A stretch of DNA of 63,080 nt, filler included, from NCBI RefSeq assembly GCF_002087085.1. It is 7 parts of 7 records of this genome, joined end to end, with 100 filler letters (N's around TTAATTAATTAA, not from the genome) between each part and the next. Parts side by side here need not be neighbours in the genome. Positions count along the whole stretch, not along the records: positions 17,542 to 30,012 come from NZ_MWQY01000038.1; positions 30,113 to 42,275 come from NZ_MWQY01000039.1; 5 more parts are not named here. One strand, written 5' to 3'. The position numbers were made by a program, and so were the translations under genes. The notes below the pieces were generated by a model. The model was given only the letters and a program-made list of their open reading frames with translations. It did not search any database and had not been told where the DNA came from. Shown in pieces: positions 29,870 through 39,500 of the stretch; within the stretch, counting starts at the first letter, position 1, and each line of letters opens with the position of its first letter.

Positions 29870-30012
29870 ACAACAGTATCATCCCGTCTGTAACAGCAGC
29901 TGACACGCTTTTTTGACTCAGGTTGACCAGAACCTTCAAAGCTTTTTTAGTGTTCCTGACCGTGGGGATATCTTACGCCCATGAATAGGCGGGAAGGTAT
30001 TCTGCCATCTGT

Positions 30013-30112
30013 NNNNNNNNNNNNNNNNNNNNNNNNNNNNNNNNNNNNNNNNNNNNTTAATTAATTAANNNNNNNNNNNNNNNNNNNNNNNNNNNNNNNN
30101 NNNNNNNNNNNN
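30013..30112. other. Artificial contig linker
   Basis: N run with TTAATTAATTAA. Confidence 0.98.
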
Positions 30113-30167
30113 ATCCTAACATATTTCCCCGCTCTATGGGAATTTATCTATTTTTCAGGAGACCCTA
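30113..30167. mobile_element. IS terminus (IS5-like) inserted in an Rhs core
   Basis: TTTTTCAGGAGACCCTA joins directly to Rhs core codons YVENDPVNWVDP. Confidence 0.72.
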
Positions 30168-30570
30168 TGTGGAGAATGATCCGGTGAATTGGGTTGACCC
30201 ATTCGGATTGATGCCGGAGGTTCCGGGGGATGGGACGGTAGTTGATCCAGATGATGGATTATCAGCAGCAGAAAAAGATTTAGCTGCTTCAAGAGAATTA
30301 TCTATAAAAGATGAAGAAATTATGAAAGAAACATTACACAAACAAGAGTTAGTTGGTATTGCAGAAATAGTTGTAGGTGGTATTGGAATATTTGCAGGAG
30401 GAAATGTGCCTGCTGCATTTGTTATGGCGGATGGTGCTATTCGATATACAAAAGCGAAGTATGCTAAAGAATTTTATTCGACGCGAGATTCAATACGATT
30501 TATTTCTGAATTGTCTACTCCGGCTGTAAAAAATTTGGCTGAGGAATTATGGGAAAGGCATGATGATTGA
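30166..30570 (+). pseudogene. Rhs core end plus C-terminal toxin tip 1, IS-truncated
   Basis: NDPVNWVDPFGL core boundary followed by a tip with a Gly/Ala-rich hydrophobic segment. Confidence 0.85.
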
Positions 30571-30733
30571 TAAAAAATATCTTAGGATTATCAATGTAGT
30601 TTTTCTTTTGCTTCTTGTTATATTAGGAATAATTGGAATGAAGAAAGATAAATTTACAGCGATTCCGATGATTGTTATTGGAATTAGTGGTATCTGTGTT
30701 GAAGTGACTATAATCTCATGGAGGAAGAAATGA
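30560..30733 (+). CDS. 57-aa two-TM protein, candidate immunity protein (not in the ORF track)
   Basis: MMIDKKYLRIINVVFLLLLVILGIIGMKKDKFTAIPMIVIGISGICVEVTIISWRKK*; overlaps the toxin stop and the next start (ATGA). Confidence 0.7.
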   Translation: MMIDKKYLRIINVVFLLLLVILGIIGMKKDKFTAIPMIVIGISGICVEVTIISWRKK

Positions 30734-30915
30734 ATCTCTACTTTAATGATTATTACTTCCTTAGCATTGTTTTCTTTGTTTTCGGTTGTTTTTTTGTTTT
30801 TAAAATGAATAGAGTATTAAGAATAAAAAGGAAAACAAAAATTCCGCTGATTATTATATATTTGATAGCTACATTGATCTGTTTCTTTTCCATAGTTTAT
30901 TTAGTTTTTGGGTGA
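30730..30915 (+). CDS. 61-aa two-TM protein, candidate immunity protein
   Basis: Two hydrophobic helices around a basic loop; translationally coupled, with GGAGG upstream. Confidence 0.7.
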   Translation: MNLYFNDYYFLSIVFFVFGCFFVFKMNRVLRIKRKTKIPLIIIYLIATLICFFSIVYLVFG

Positions 30916-31001
30916 AGAAAAATAATTATACGTTTCAAAGGAAGAAGTGCAGGCCAAAACGAACTAAGCTGTGCTCATTTTATAAAAAGAAATAGGAGAC
31001 T

Positions 31002-31922
31002 GTGTATGTTTTAATCCTGAACAAAAGCTACGGTTTCCATAAACAACTGGAATGGAACAGGGAGAGTACGGAAACCTACCTCTACGAGGCGTTGAGCTTT
31101 GACATTCTGGCGGAATACCGAGATACTGAGTATGAAGTGAACCGACGAAGCAGACACTTCTTCCCATCCTTCTCGAACAGATTCAAGCCCATAGCGGAGT
31201 ACATAACAGCCAATGGACGGCACCTGTCGAGAAAGGAGTTTGCCGAAAGCAGCTGGGGACGCCTGCGCTGTAAAGACAAGGACTACTATCTGCAGGATGT
31301 ACTGGGATCGGTAGTGGGATTAACCGACGAGCATGGACACCAGAAAGAGGAATACCGCTACGATGTGTGGGGTAAGGAGTACCACGAGAAAAATGGCCAT
31401 CCCTATTCCGACATCTTCCCTACACATTACGGCTATAATGGTAAGCGGTTTGATCCGAAGGTTGGGCTGTATGATTACGGCTTCAGGGACTACAAGCCCG
31501 ACATCAACAGATGGACGTCGATCGATCCGATACGATCGGGTAATAACTGGTACGCCTATGTGGGGAATGATCCGGTGAACTGGGTTGATCCGTTGGGGTT
31601 GTTGCCGGAGGTTCCGGGGGATGGGACGGTGTTTGAACCAGATGACGGACTATCAGTGGCTGAAAAAGATTTAGCCGCTTCAAGAGAATTAGCGAGATTA
31701 GAAACATTATATTCTGAACTTGAAGAAGCAGATAAAGATTTCGGTGAAGCTGCAGTCGGGATGTTTGTTGTTGCTCAATATGATCGAGCTTTTGATCAGT
31801 CAATAGTGTCTACAAATTTTGCTGAGGAACTAAGAGAACAGCTTATTAGTAATCAAAGAAGAGGTGAAAAGATTCGATCTGAGATTAATCGGATATTTGA
31901 TAATTCAATTTATAAAGCATAG
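31002..31922 (+). CDS. Orphan Rhs core fragment plus C-terminal toxin tip 2
   Basis: YYLQDVLGSV, YRYDVWG, GYNGKRFD, LYDYGFRDY, RWTSIDP and NDPVNWVDPLGL; 5' truncated. Confidence 0.9.
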   Translation: MYVLILNKSYGFHKQLEWNRESTETYLYEALSFDILAEYRDTEYEVNRRSRHFFPSFSNRFKPIAEYITANGRHLSRKEFAESSWGRLRCKDKDYYLQDVLGSVVGLTDEHGHQKEEYRYDVWGKEYHEKNGHPYSDIFPTHYGYNGKRFDPKVGLYDYGFRDYKPDINRWTSIDPIRSGNNWYAYVGNDPVNWVDPLGLLPEVPGDGTVFEPDDGLSVAEKDLAASRELARLETLYSELEEADKDFGEAAVGMFVVAQYDRAFDQSIVSTNFAEELREQLISNQRRGEKIRSEINRIFDNSIYKA

Positions 31923-31934
31923 GAGCATATTGGA

Positions 31935-32324
31935 ATGGGTGATTACCTAAGTATAATAATGGCCCTGATTCTGTTGACTGTGTTTGGGGTACCATTAATC
32001 TTTTTCTGTAAATATCTAATACTAAAAAATAGAATGAAATGGTTCTTAAAAAATGGAATAATAATTGACGCAAAAATCGTAAAGATAGAAAATGAACCAT
32101 TTTTACGATATCCAACGAACTCAAGCCATATGTATAATACGACTGTTCATAGATTAATAGCGATAGCTGAAATTGGTAAAATCAAATATAGGTTTAGAAG
32201 TGAAAGACTGACTAAAAATGAACATCATTTTAAGCTCGGTGACCATGTACCTGTCCTTATAAAACCTGATAATCCACTTAAATATTTTTTTGACCCTTTG
32301 ATCAATATAACACGAGAACAATAA
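31935..32324 (+). CDS. Candidate immunity protein (DUF3592-like, N-terminal TM)
   Basis: Immediately after tip 2 and AT-rich; KNGIIIDAKIV...GDHVPVLIKPDNP pattern. Confidence 0.7.
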   Translation: MGDYLSIIMALILLTVFGVPLIFFCKYLILKNRMKWFLKNGIIIDAKIVKIENEPFLRYPTNSSHMYNTTVHRLIAIAEIGKIKYRFRSERLTKNEHHFKLGDHVPVLIKPDNPLKYFFDPLINITREQ

Positions 32325-32509
32325 CATACTTGTTATGGTGTAGCTGCTAAGGATATCAAGGCACTCACACCGGAATGAAATTGCAGGTTTAATACGGGAG
32401 AACAATTTCTCACATAATCCTCCCTTTCGGGTGTTGACAGGATGCGTATTATGGATAAAAATAGGATTTAATATTTTAATGTCTATTTAGAGATATTAGT
32501 GAATTAACA

Positions 32510-34006
32510 ATGAAAAGAACCCTGCAGAAGAATCTAATAATTGTAATTCTTTCCGTTCTCCTTATTCTGATCTGCGTATTCTGCGTCGGCATTTCCATGC
32601 TGATAACCTCACGCAACGAGAAATCCCTGTCGGATTTGCATGATGTACTCAAAAAGCAAGGCGACGTTCTCGATGAACAAAGGGACCTGATAAGCGACCA
32701 GCAGAAACTTCTGGATGACTACACACATGCTTTGACCTCCTTTGAGATGCCCACCGGAACCTATGTTCTCTCTACAGAAGAGCGGCGGCTTCTACTGCAA
32801 GGGATCAGGGAGGAGTTTGGTACACGTCTGGAAGGGATTGAACACAAGCTCGATACGGTGAATGCCCACGAAATCAGCCATTTTGAAGCGACCAGAAACG
32901 ACCTGCATCACCTTGCAGAGGAAGGCACGGGACATTATCAGCAGCTTCACCGGCAGATAGAGCTGATGAATACCGATTTGAACGCCCATTTTGATGGGCT
33001 GACTTCTACAATTACAGCCACTGAGAGTCTTCCAGAGACCTTGTTGGCATCTGAATATCGGCAGTTCGGAGATACAAGCCGGGATGAGGGTGAATACGCC
33101 GATGCTGTCGAATACTACCGGAAGTCCGCCGGGTATCAGGAAACGAATGAGACCCTGCTCAGGTATGCGGAGTCCCTCTATCTGGCCGATCCGGCAGTAC
33201 GAAAGGACGCTGAAATCATACAAAGCCTGCTGACCGTTCTGGAACGTGACCCGGTACACTCGGAGGCTTTGACACTGCTGGGAGATGTCTACCTTGAGCA
33301 GGGAAACCTCAACGACGCGGAAATGTATTACGAACGCCTGGTTCGTCTGGAACCGGAGAATGGTGCTGCGCGTAAACGCCTGGGCGAGATTTATCTGAAA
33401 ATCAAAGAGTATGAAAAGGCGGTCGGGCATCTTTCAAGGGCAGGAGAGCTACTGCCCGACGATCCTGTGGTTCCCTGTGAATTGGGCGATGCATATTTTG
33501 AGCTTGGAGACTATGAAGCTGCAGAGAGCGCCTATTCACATGCGCTCTCGGTCAGGTATCCCTATCCCCCGGCGCTTATAGGTCGCGGCAACAGTCGCAG
33601 TGCGTTGGGCCTGCTCGACAAGGCAGTTGAAGATATTTCCGCTTACATAAGACTGCGCCCGCGGGATTTCCATGCCCTGGTGGAGCTTGGAGATGTGTAT
33701 GAACGCATGGGTATGAATGCCGAGGCACTGAAATCCTGGGAAAAGGCTCGCGGTGTTCTTTCTCTCAACAGCGAAGAGGACATCCTGCGTTGGGGTGATG
33801 TAAGCCGCAGGCAGGCCCGTCTCTGTTTGTCCCACGGTGATTATCGGGGAACTCTGTTCTATGTGGAAAAAGGTCTCGAACTGACGCAGGACAGGGAACT
33901 GCTGGCGCTGGGGATGACCGCGGCGGACAAGATGGGCGATGAGGATTCTCACAGAAAGTACAGCCGCCGGATGGGGGCTCTCGAGGAGCAGGGGATGGCA
34001 GAATGA
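32510..34006 (+). CDS. Membrane-anchored coiled-coil/TPR protein
   Basis: N-terminal TM, coiled coil and multiple TPRs (LGDVYLEQG...A, LGEIY, LGDAYF). Confidence 0.88.
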   Translation: MKRTLQKNLIIVILSVLLILICVFCVGISMLITSRNEKSLSDLHDVLKKQGDVLDEQRDLISDQQKLLDDYTHALTSFEMPTGTYVLSTEERRLLLQGIREEFGTRLEGIEHKLDTVNAHEISHFEATRNDLHHLAEEGTGHYQQLHRQIELMNTDLNAHFDGLTSTITATESLPETLLASEYRQFGDTSRDEGEYADAVEYYRKSAGYQETNETLLRYAESLYLADPAVRKDAEIIQSLLTVLERDPVHSEALTLLGDVYLEQGNLNDAEMYYERLVRLEPENGAARKRLGEIYLKIKEYEKAVGHLSRAGELLPDDPVVPCELGDAYFELGDYEAAESAYSHALSVRYPYPPALIGRGNSRSALGLLDKAVEDISAYIRLRPRDFHALVELGDVYERMGMNAEALKSWEKARGVLSLNSEEDILRWGDVSRRQARLCLSHGDYRGTLFYVEKGLELTQDRELLALGMTAADKMGDEDSHRKYSRRMGALEEQGMAE

Positions 34007-35040
34007 AGCGTCTATGGGTTGTACTGATCATGTTCGTGATTTTTTCCGCGGCTGGTTTTGCGGTGGAAACCGTTCTTGCTCCAATGGAAGTTGTAGGCCA
34101 GGCAGTTCCAGGGGAAGAACTGCCCAAGGGTGATTCCTTCTCGAAAACTGTGGTCAGGTACTTGAAGGTATTGGACAGATCGGGCGTCTTGCAGCCTTCG
34201 GTACACCCCTTGCCGAAGGGAGAGGACCATCCGCGTTCGATTCTTGACGCCTCCTCTTTTTCCGCTTATTACGGGCTGGATATGCTCGTTTTTGGGCGCT
34301 TGTCCTGTACTCCCGAGTACATCGACGGGTACCTACAGGTGTACGATGTACAGAATGGGGAGATTCGTCACCGGATTTACAGCCGCGATCAGGCCGGCAG
34401 GTATGAGCGTCTGGCGGAGGATCTGGCCGGAAAACTCTTTGAGTACCTGACCGAGGATTTGGGACTCGCTCCGGTTTACCCGTCTTACGAGGTCCGGCGA
34501 AATATCTGGGACCTGCGGGGACGGATTGGTTACTGGAGTCCCATGGGCTCCTGGCGGGACAATCTGTCGGGTATCTTATCATTGGAGGCGGCGGGGTTTC
34601 TGACTCCCGAGTATCCCCTTGGCGATTACGGCCCCTGGCTGTACGGGATGAGATTCGGTCTCTCCCTCGGATACGATGTCGGAGTCAGTACTCCGGGGCA
34701 TGAGGAGTTTGTCTTTCACGGGATCCGGACAGGAATACCTGTGGAACTGACTCTTATGCGATACAGTGACAGCAGAAAGAGCTATTCCGTGGGGCTTACT
34801 CCCTTTTTTATGCTGGATGTGCTGGTTCAGGAGCGCCGCTATGAGGGAAGCTATACGACAAGTACCGCAGCGATTGGAATGAGTCTTTCGGGAACAGTCC
34901 GGTACTCTCTGAATGAAACCTCCGCGCTGGGACTCGGCCTTGAGTTTTCCTCTGTGTTCTACGATCCGCCGCGCTATGAGATCCGGCCGAGTCTGGTATA
35001 TGAGTGCCGTTTTCCGGGCAGTAAGGAGAAAGTTGAATGA
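34003..35040 (+). CDS. Exported protein: TolB-N/CsgG-like domain plus predicted outer-membrane beta-barrel
   Basis: Signal peptide; LVFGRL..LQVYDVQNGEI..LAEDLA pattern; amphipathic strands in the C-terminal half; ATGA-coupled on both sides. Confidence 0.55.
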   Translation: MKRLWVVLIMFVIFSAAGFAVETVLAPMEVVGQAVPGEELPKGDSFSKTVVRYLKVLDRSGVLQPSVHPLPKGEDHPRSILDASSFSAYYGLDMLVFGRLSCTPEYIDGYLQVYDVQNGEIRHRIYSRDQAGRYERLAEDLAGKLFEYLTEDLGLAPVYPSYEVRRNIWDLRGRIGYWSPMGSWRDNLSGILSLEAAGFLTPEYPLGDYGPWLYGMRFGLSLGYDVGVSTPGHEEFVFHGIRTGIPVELTLMRYSDSRKSYSVGLTPFFMLDVLVQERRYEGSYTTSTAAIGMSLSGTVRYSLNETSALGLGLEFSSVFYDPPRYEIRPSLVYECRFPGSKEKVE

Positions 35041-35831
35041 TAAAAGGAATATGCACACTTGCGGGCCTCTTCTTTATTGTATGCGGAGTCGTTTCCTGCG
35101 GGACCGGCCTTATCTCCGATATGGGAAGGCTGGATGAAGATCCGGAGATTGCCAGTCCGGGTGTGGAATCTTTTACGGTACCGAACCTGATAAGCGTTAC
35201 CTGGAATGAAGATGAAGCCGCGGATGAGTACCTGCTGCGCCGTGCGGCGGGAGAGAACAATCCCCTGAACTGGGTCGACGTGTACAGGGGCAGTGATCTC
35301 AGCTGGCAGGATAATGGTGTTGGCAATGAGCGTTTGAATCTGTATCAGCTATATAAAATACGGGGGTCTGTTCTCTTCGGCCCCTCGGAGTCGGTGCTCG
35401 GGGTTGGGAGTGATATCTGCCGGGACCCCCATGAACCAAACGACTCGATCGCCACTGCCACAGTGCTGGAATCCGATCTGGAGTCGAACCTGTGGTATTT
35501 TGTCGCTACAAACGGCAAAGAGAGCCGGGACTTCGACTGGTATGCAGTCAGCCTGCCGCCGCGGCGCCAGGCGGTTATTGTTGTTACGGATAATACGAAT
35601 ACCAGTTCCACCTATAATTACATGAGCTGGTCGACTCCGTCAAAAAGTGAAGCAGATATCGTCAGCGGCGAATCACTTTCAATCCAGAATCATGAATATG
35701 AAGCTGCGGTTGTGTACTTCCGTGTTTCTCCGAACGAACAGACCTTTCTGTCTCAGCTATCCGGATACGGAGGGATGGTAATCTCGTATACAGTGAGTCT
35801 GGATCAGATAACGAATTTCAATAATGAGTAA
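35037..35831 (+). CDS. Lipoprotein with FN3-like and PPC-like beta domains
   Basis: Lipobox VVSC; ISVTW..EYLLRR; DPHEPNDS and DFDWY motifs. Confidence 0.65.
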   Translation: MIKGICTLAGLFFIVCGVVSCGTGLISDMGRLDEDPEIASPGVESFTVPNLISVTWNEDEAADEYLLRRAAGENNPLNWVDVYRGSDLSWQDNGVGNERLNLYQLYKIRGSVLFGPSESVLGVGSDICRDPHEPNDSIATATVLESDLESNLWYFVATNGKESRDFDWYAVSLPPRRQAVIVVTDNTNTSSTYNYMSWSTPSKSEADIVSGESLSIQNHEYEAAVVYFRVSPNEQTFLSQLSGYGGMVISYTVSLDQITNFNNE

Positions 35832-35851
35832 GTAAAACCCGGAGTAGAAAA

Positions 35852-36508
35852 GTGGCAGATGTAAAAGGGTGGTGTATTTTTATTGCGTTTGCGGTCCTGT
35901 TTTCGGGATGCCAGTTTATCGATACCTCGAAACCGACGGGATGGGACGGAAATCTCGGCGGAGACGGGGTACAGGTGGATTCGACACTCTTCTCGGAGGA
36001 CGAAACCGCCGGGGAAATTATCTTCGAGACCAACGATGAGCAGTATTCCGACCCGTACGGAAGCAGTTTCTGGTATCCCGTGGAGAATTCCGACCAGCAG
36101 CCTTTTACTGAATGGACAGTGAGTGCGGCAAAATCGAGTGGAAACCGAAACGCCGGTTTCGGGATCGTTTTCTGTCACAGCGTGGATGAAGACTCCGGCG
36201 AAGAGCGAATGCTGAGCGTCATGATTCGGACCGACAGGTATTACCAGATAGCGTCAATCATCGGAACCGAGTATGCGCCGAATACAAGCTGGACCCAGAG
36301 TTCCGCAATCTACGGGACCGGTCTTTTTAATGAACTAAGGGTACAGAGAGCCTCGGACGGTATTTTTACCCTGTATATAAATGATCAGGAGATTACTGAT
36401 TTCGAGTATTCAGGATTCAGCGGAGGAAGCCAGGGATATCTGGTGGTTGTTTCTCCCCTGGAGGATTTTCCCGATGTGCCGGTGAATGTCTCGTTTAAAA
36501 CCGAATAG
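35852..36508 (+). CDS. Lipoprotein with ConA/LamG-like beta-sandwich
   Basis: Lipobox FSGC; GFGIVF, NELRV and FTLYINDQ pattern. Confidence 0.62.
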   Translation: MADVKGWCIFIAFAVLFSGCQFIDTSKPTGWDGNLGGDGVQVDSTLFSEDETAGEIIFETNDEQYSDPYGSSFWYPVENSDQQPFTEWTVSAAKSSGNRNAGFGIVFCHSVDEDSGEERMLSVMIRTDRYYQIASIIGTEYAPNTSWTQSSAIYGTGLFNELRVQRASDGIFTLYINDQEITDFEYSGFSGGSQGYLVVVSPLEDFPDVPVNVSFKTE

Positions 36509-36517
36509 GAAAAGAAG

Positions 36518-39500
36518 ATGAAAAATGTCGTAGTACGAAGTTTGACGCTTTTTGTTATCTACAGCCTGGTTCTTGCACCCTTGCCGTTGTTCAGTGAAAC
36601 ACCCCGGGATGCCCTGTTGCGCGGGCTGCCGACGTATGAAAAAGACCCGGACAGTGCATACTCCGCCGAGATAGGAGGCGCCGGGGGAGTTATCTCCTTC
36701 GATGGCGTTACGGTAGACGTGCCCGCCGGTGCGGTGGACGACACCGTTGAAATAACGGTGATCAAGCTCGGCGGAACAGCTCCGATAGGCGGAGGGCGTC
36801 AGAATGTTACCAAGGGGGCGGCGGCGTACCGCTTTCTTCCTGACGGGCAACAATTCCAAAAGCCCGTGAGTATAAGCATTCCCTATGATCCTGAAATGAA
36901 TAAATCCGAAGCCGCGTTGAGCAATCTTTTTACCTATTTTTTCAATGAAGATAAACAAAGATGGGAACGTCTGGAGCGAGTTTCCCTGAATAATGAGGCG
37001 AGTACGGTAACGAGTCTGAGCACCCATTTTACCGACATGATCAATTCCACCTTAACACTGCCCGAGAGTCCTGATCCTGTGGAGTTCGACCTGAACTCGA
37101 TAAAGAATCTGGAAGCGGCGAATCCTGATGCAGGAGTCCCCGGGCTGGAGGGACTGGAGGGGAGCTGGTCCGGCTCAGCCTCCTTTTCCATCCCCCTGCG
37201 GCTTCCCCCGGGACGGGGAAAGGCCTCCCCTCAGGTATCCCTGCGCTACGACAGCGGGCGATCTGCGGGGGTGATGGGTGCAGGTTTCTCCCTGCCTGTT
37301 AGCACAATTGATACGGATACGCGTTTCGGTCTGCCGGAATACGACGGAAAGGATACCTATCTGCTGGACGGCGAGGAACTGGTAAACATTACTCCCGACT
37401 CATCCTCGGGGTCGGTCTACAGGCAGCGGAAAGAGGGGCGATTCGCCCGGATAGAACGCTTTCGTTCTACTTCTGCGGGTACAGATTATTGGAAAGTAAC
37501 GGACAGGGACGGGACCGTTCGTTACTACGGTAACCACGCGGCTGTAAGCGACGGCGCAGAACAGTCTGCACCCTGGCTTGGTCCCGACAGAACGAACGGA
37601 ATGCAGGTCTATCGCTGGTATTTGTCGAGGATTGTCGATATGGACGGAAATACCGTCGACTACCGCTATACCTACGATGAAAGCGACAAGAATCTGTATC
37701 TGAAGAGCATATCCTGGTCAGGGATAAATGGCAATGATGCCGATGAGAGCGGTTATTATCGGATCGATTTCGGGTACAACGAGGCGGGACACCTGGAACC
37801 GACGGAGGAAAGTACGCGCTTAGGCTATTCGGTCGAGAGTAGCGGTGTGCACAGCTGGACGGGAGAGTTCGCGTCGAGTCTGAGCGGGGGCGAGCGGCAG
37901 GATGTCCGCAGCGACGGGCGCGGAAGGTTTATCTGCAAGACCTCGAAGCGCCTGGACCGGATAGGGATATCCGCGGGGGAACAGGGGAATCGAACAGAGA
38001 AGCGCTCTTATGAGTTCTATTACCGGATGGACGATTTCGGGCGGACGATTCTGGACCGGTACGAGGAATGGGCCCCGGGAGCTGCTGATGCGCTCTATTC
38101 CTTCGGCTTTGACTATTACGGTCTGGAAAAAGATATTGATGAGCTCCCCCAGGGCTTCGGGCCTGAGGAGATCTGGAGTGTAGGGTCGGGGGCGCAGGAG
38201 AAGGACCTTTCCAATTCCAGGTCCGTATCCGCCGGGGCCAACCTGTATACCGGCCTTGAAATATTCATAAAGATTCCGTTTGTCGGAAAAAAGACCCTGG
38301 TCTCTCTGGGTGTGCGGGGAGGGAGCTCCGGCGGTTCGAGCGTATCCCTGACGGATGTGGCCGATATTGATGGAGACGGCATCCCTGAACTGATCTGGAA
38401 AAGCGGAAACGATGTAAACGGCTACGCAGCGGACCCGGAGCTCTACGGCTGGGCAGGCTCCGCGGTCTCTCTTGACGGATTTAACGGTCCCCTGTCGAAA
38501 ACCTCGAACTCCTCCGCCTCCCTGGGGCTCTCGATGAAAATAGGCCCGGTGTCGGGAGGCAAGACGAAACAGTGGAACTGGGCCGATGGAAAGCGTTCAA
38601 TCATGGATGTCAACGGCGACGGATTCATCGATGTGGTGGAGAAGGGCACAGCCTTGTACGGTCTGAACCGGGGGGATGGTACCATCGACTGGACCGCGGG
38701 CTGGGTCGGAGGGGCCGACCCTGACCGCGCAGAATCGTATACGGAAGATGAATTAAAGGAGTTCGACGGGACATATTACCGGAAGGACCCCTTCCGCAGG
38801 TGGGACGCCTATCGCTCGGGAAGGGTACTGGTTAGCGACGAGGTCGGCTACAACCCGAATGCACAGATATCCTCCGATGGTGCGGTTGCGGAGATCCGGG
38901 CCCCGGAGCGCGGGAGCAACGCGGCGCTGACAGAGCTTGCTATAAGCGAGGATTCTCCACAGAACGGACGAAGCGATGCCGAGTATGAGCTCAGCCGCGG
39001 GGATTCCCTCTTTTTCCGCCTGAATCCGAACAAGGACGAGCGCGGAGATATCGTGGACTGGAGTACACGCATCCGCTACCGGGATATTCAGTACTTTGAG
39101 GATATGGAGGATTCCCCCGTACTCTGTTTGCCTGCACAAGTAAGCAGAAGCATGTACGAGGACGGCCTTGAGGATTTTTATACCCCCCACAGGCATGAAA
39201 CAGAAAGCGACGGACATACAAGCCATTACTACACCTACGACCGGAACAGTGACTGGATTTCCGTGCTGACCCAGGGGAATATTAGTACATTGTTGTCGAA
39301 GGGCTTTTTTGTCCCGCGCCTGATCCCGGCGAATACCTTTTATTCAATTTATAACAGCCTAAGTGAAATCCATAAAAAGCAATTCTATTTCTGCTACTAC
39401 CATGAACCGGCAGGAGACCGGTATCGGCTTGTTGAGGCAAAAAGGACTGTAGCCTTTAGCTGCCTGGAGAGCATCCTGAACTCGAATGCAGGCTTGCGGG

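Noticed and set aside
20468..29960. Further attC sites (e.g. GCCGAAC near 23330, TGAACAACAGT near 29870)
   Set aside because: No matching L boxes, palindrome or GTTRRRY partner could be found by eye.
29900..30012. IscB omega-RNA or group II intron start (GTTGACCAG)
   Set aside because: Only a short word matches; there is no supporting structure or associated ORF.
30136..30165. Start of the 144-aa ORF (MGIYLFFRRP)
   Set aside because: It is IS terminal sequence fused by chance in frame to the Rhs fragment.
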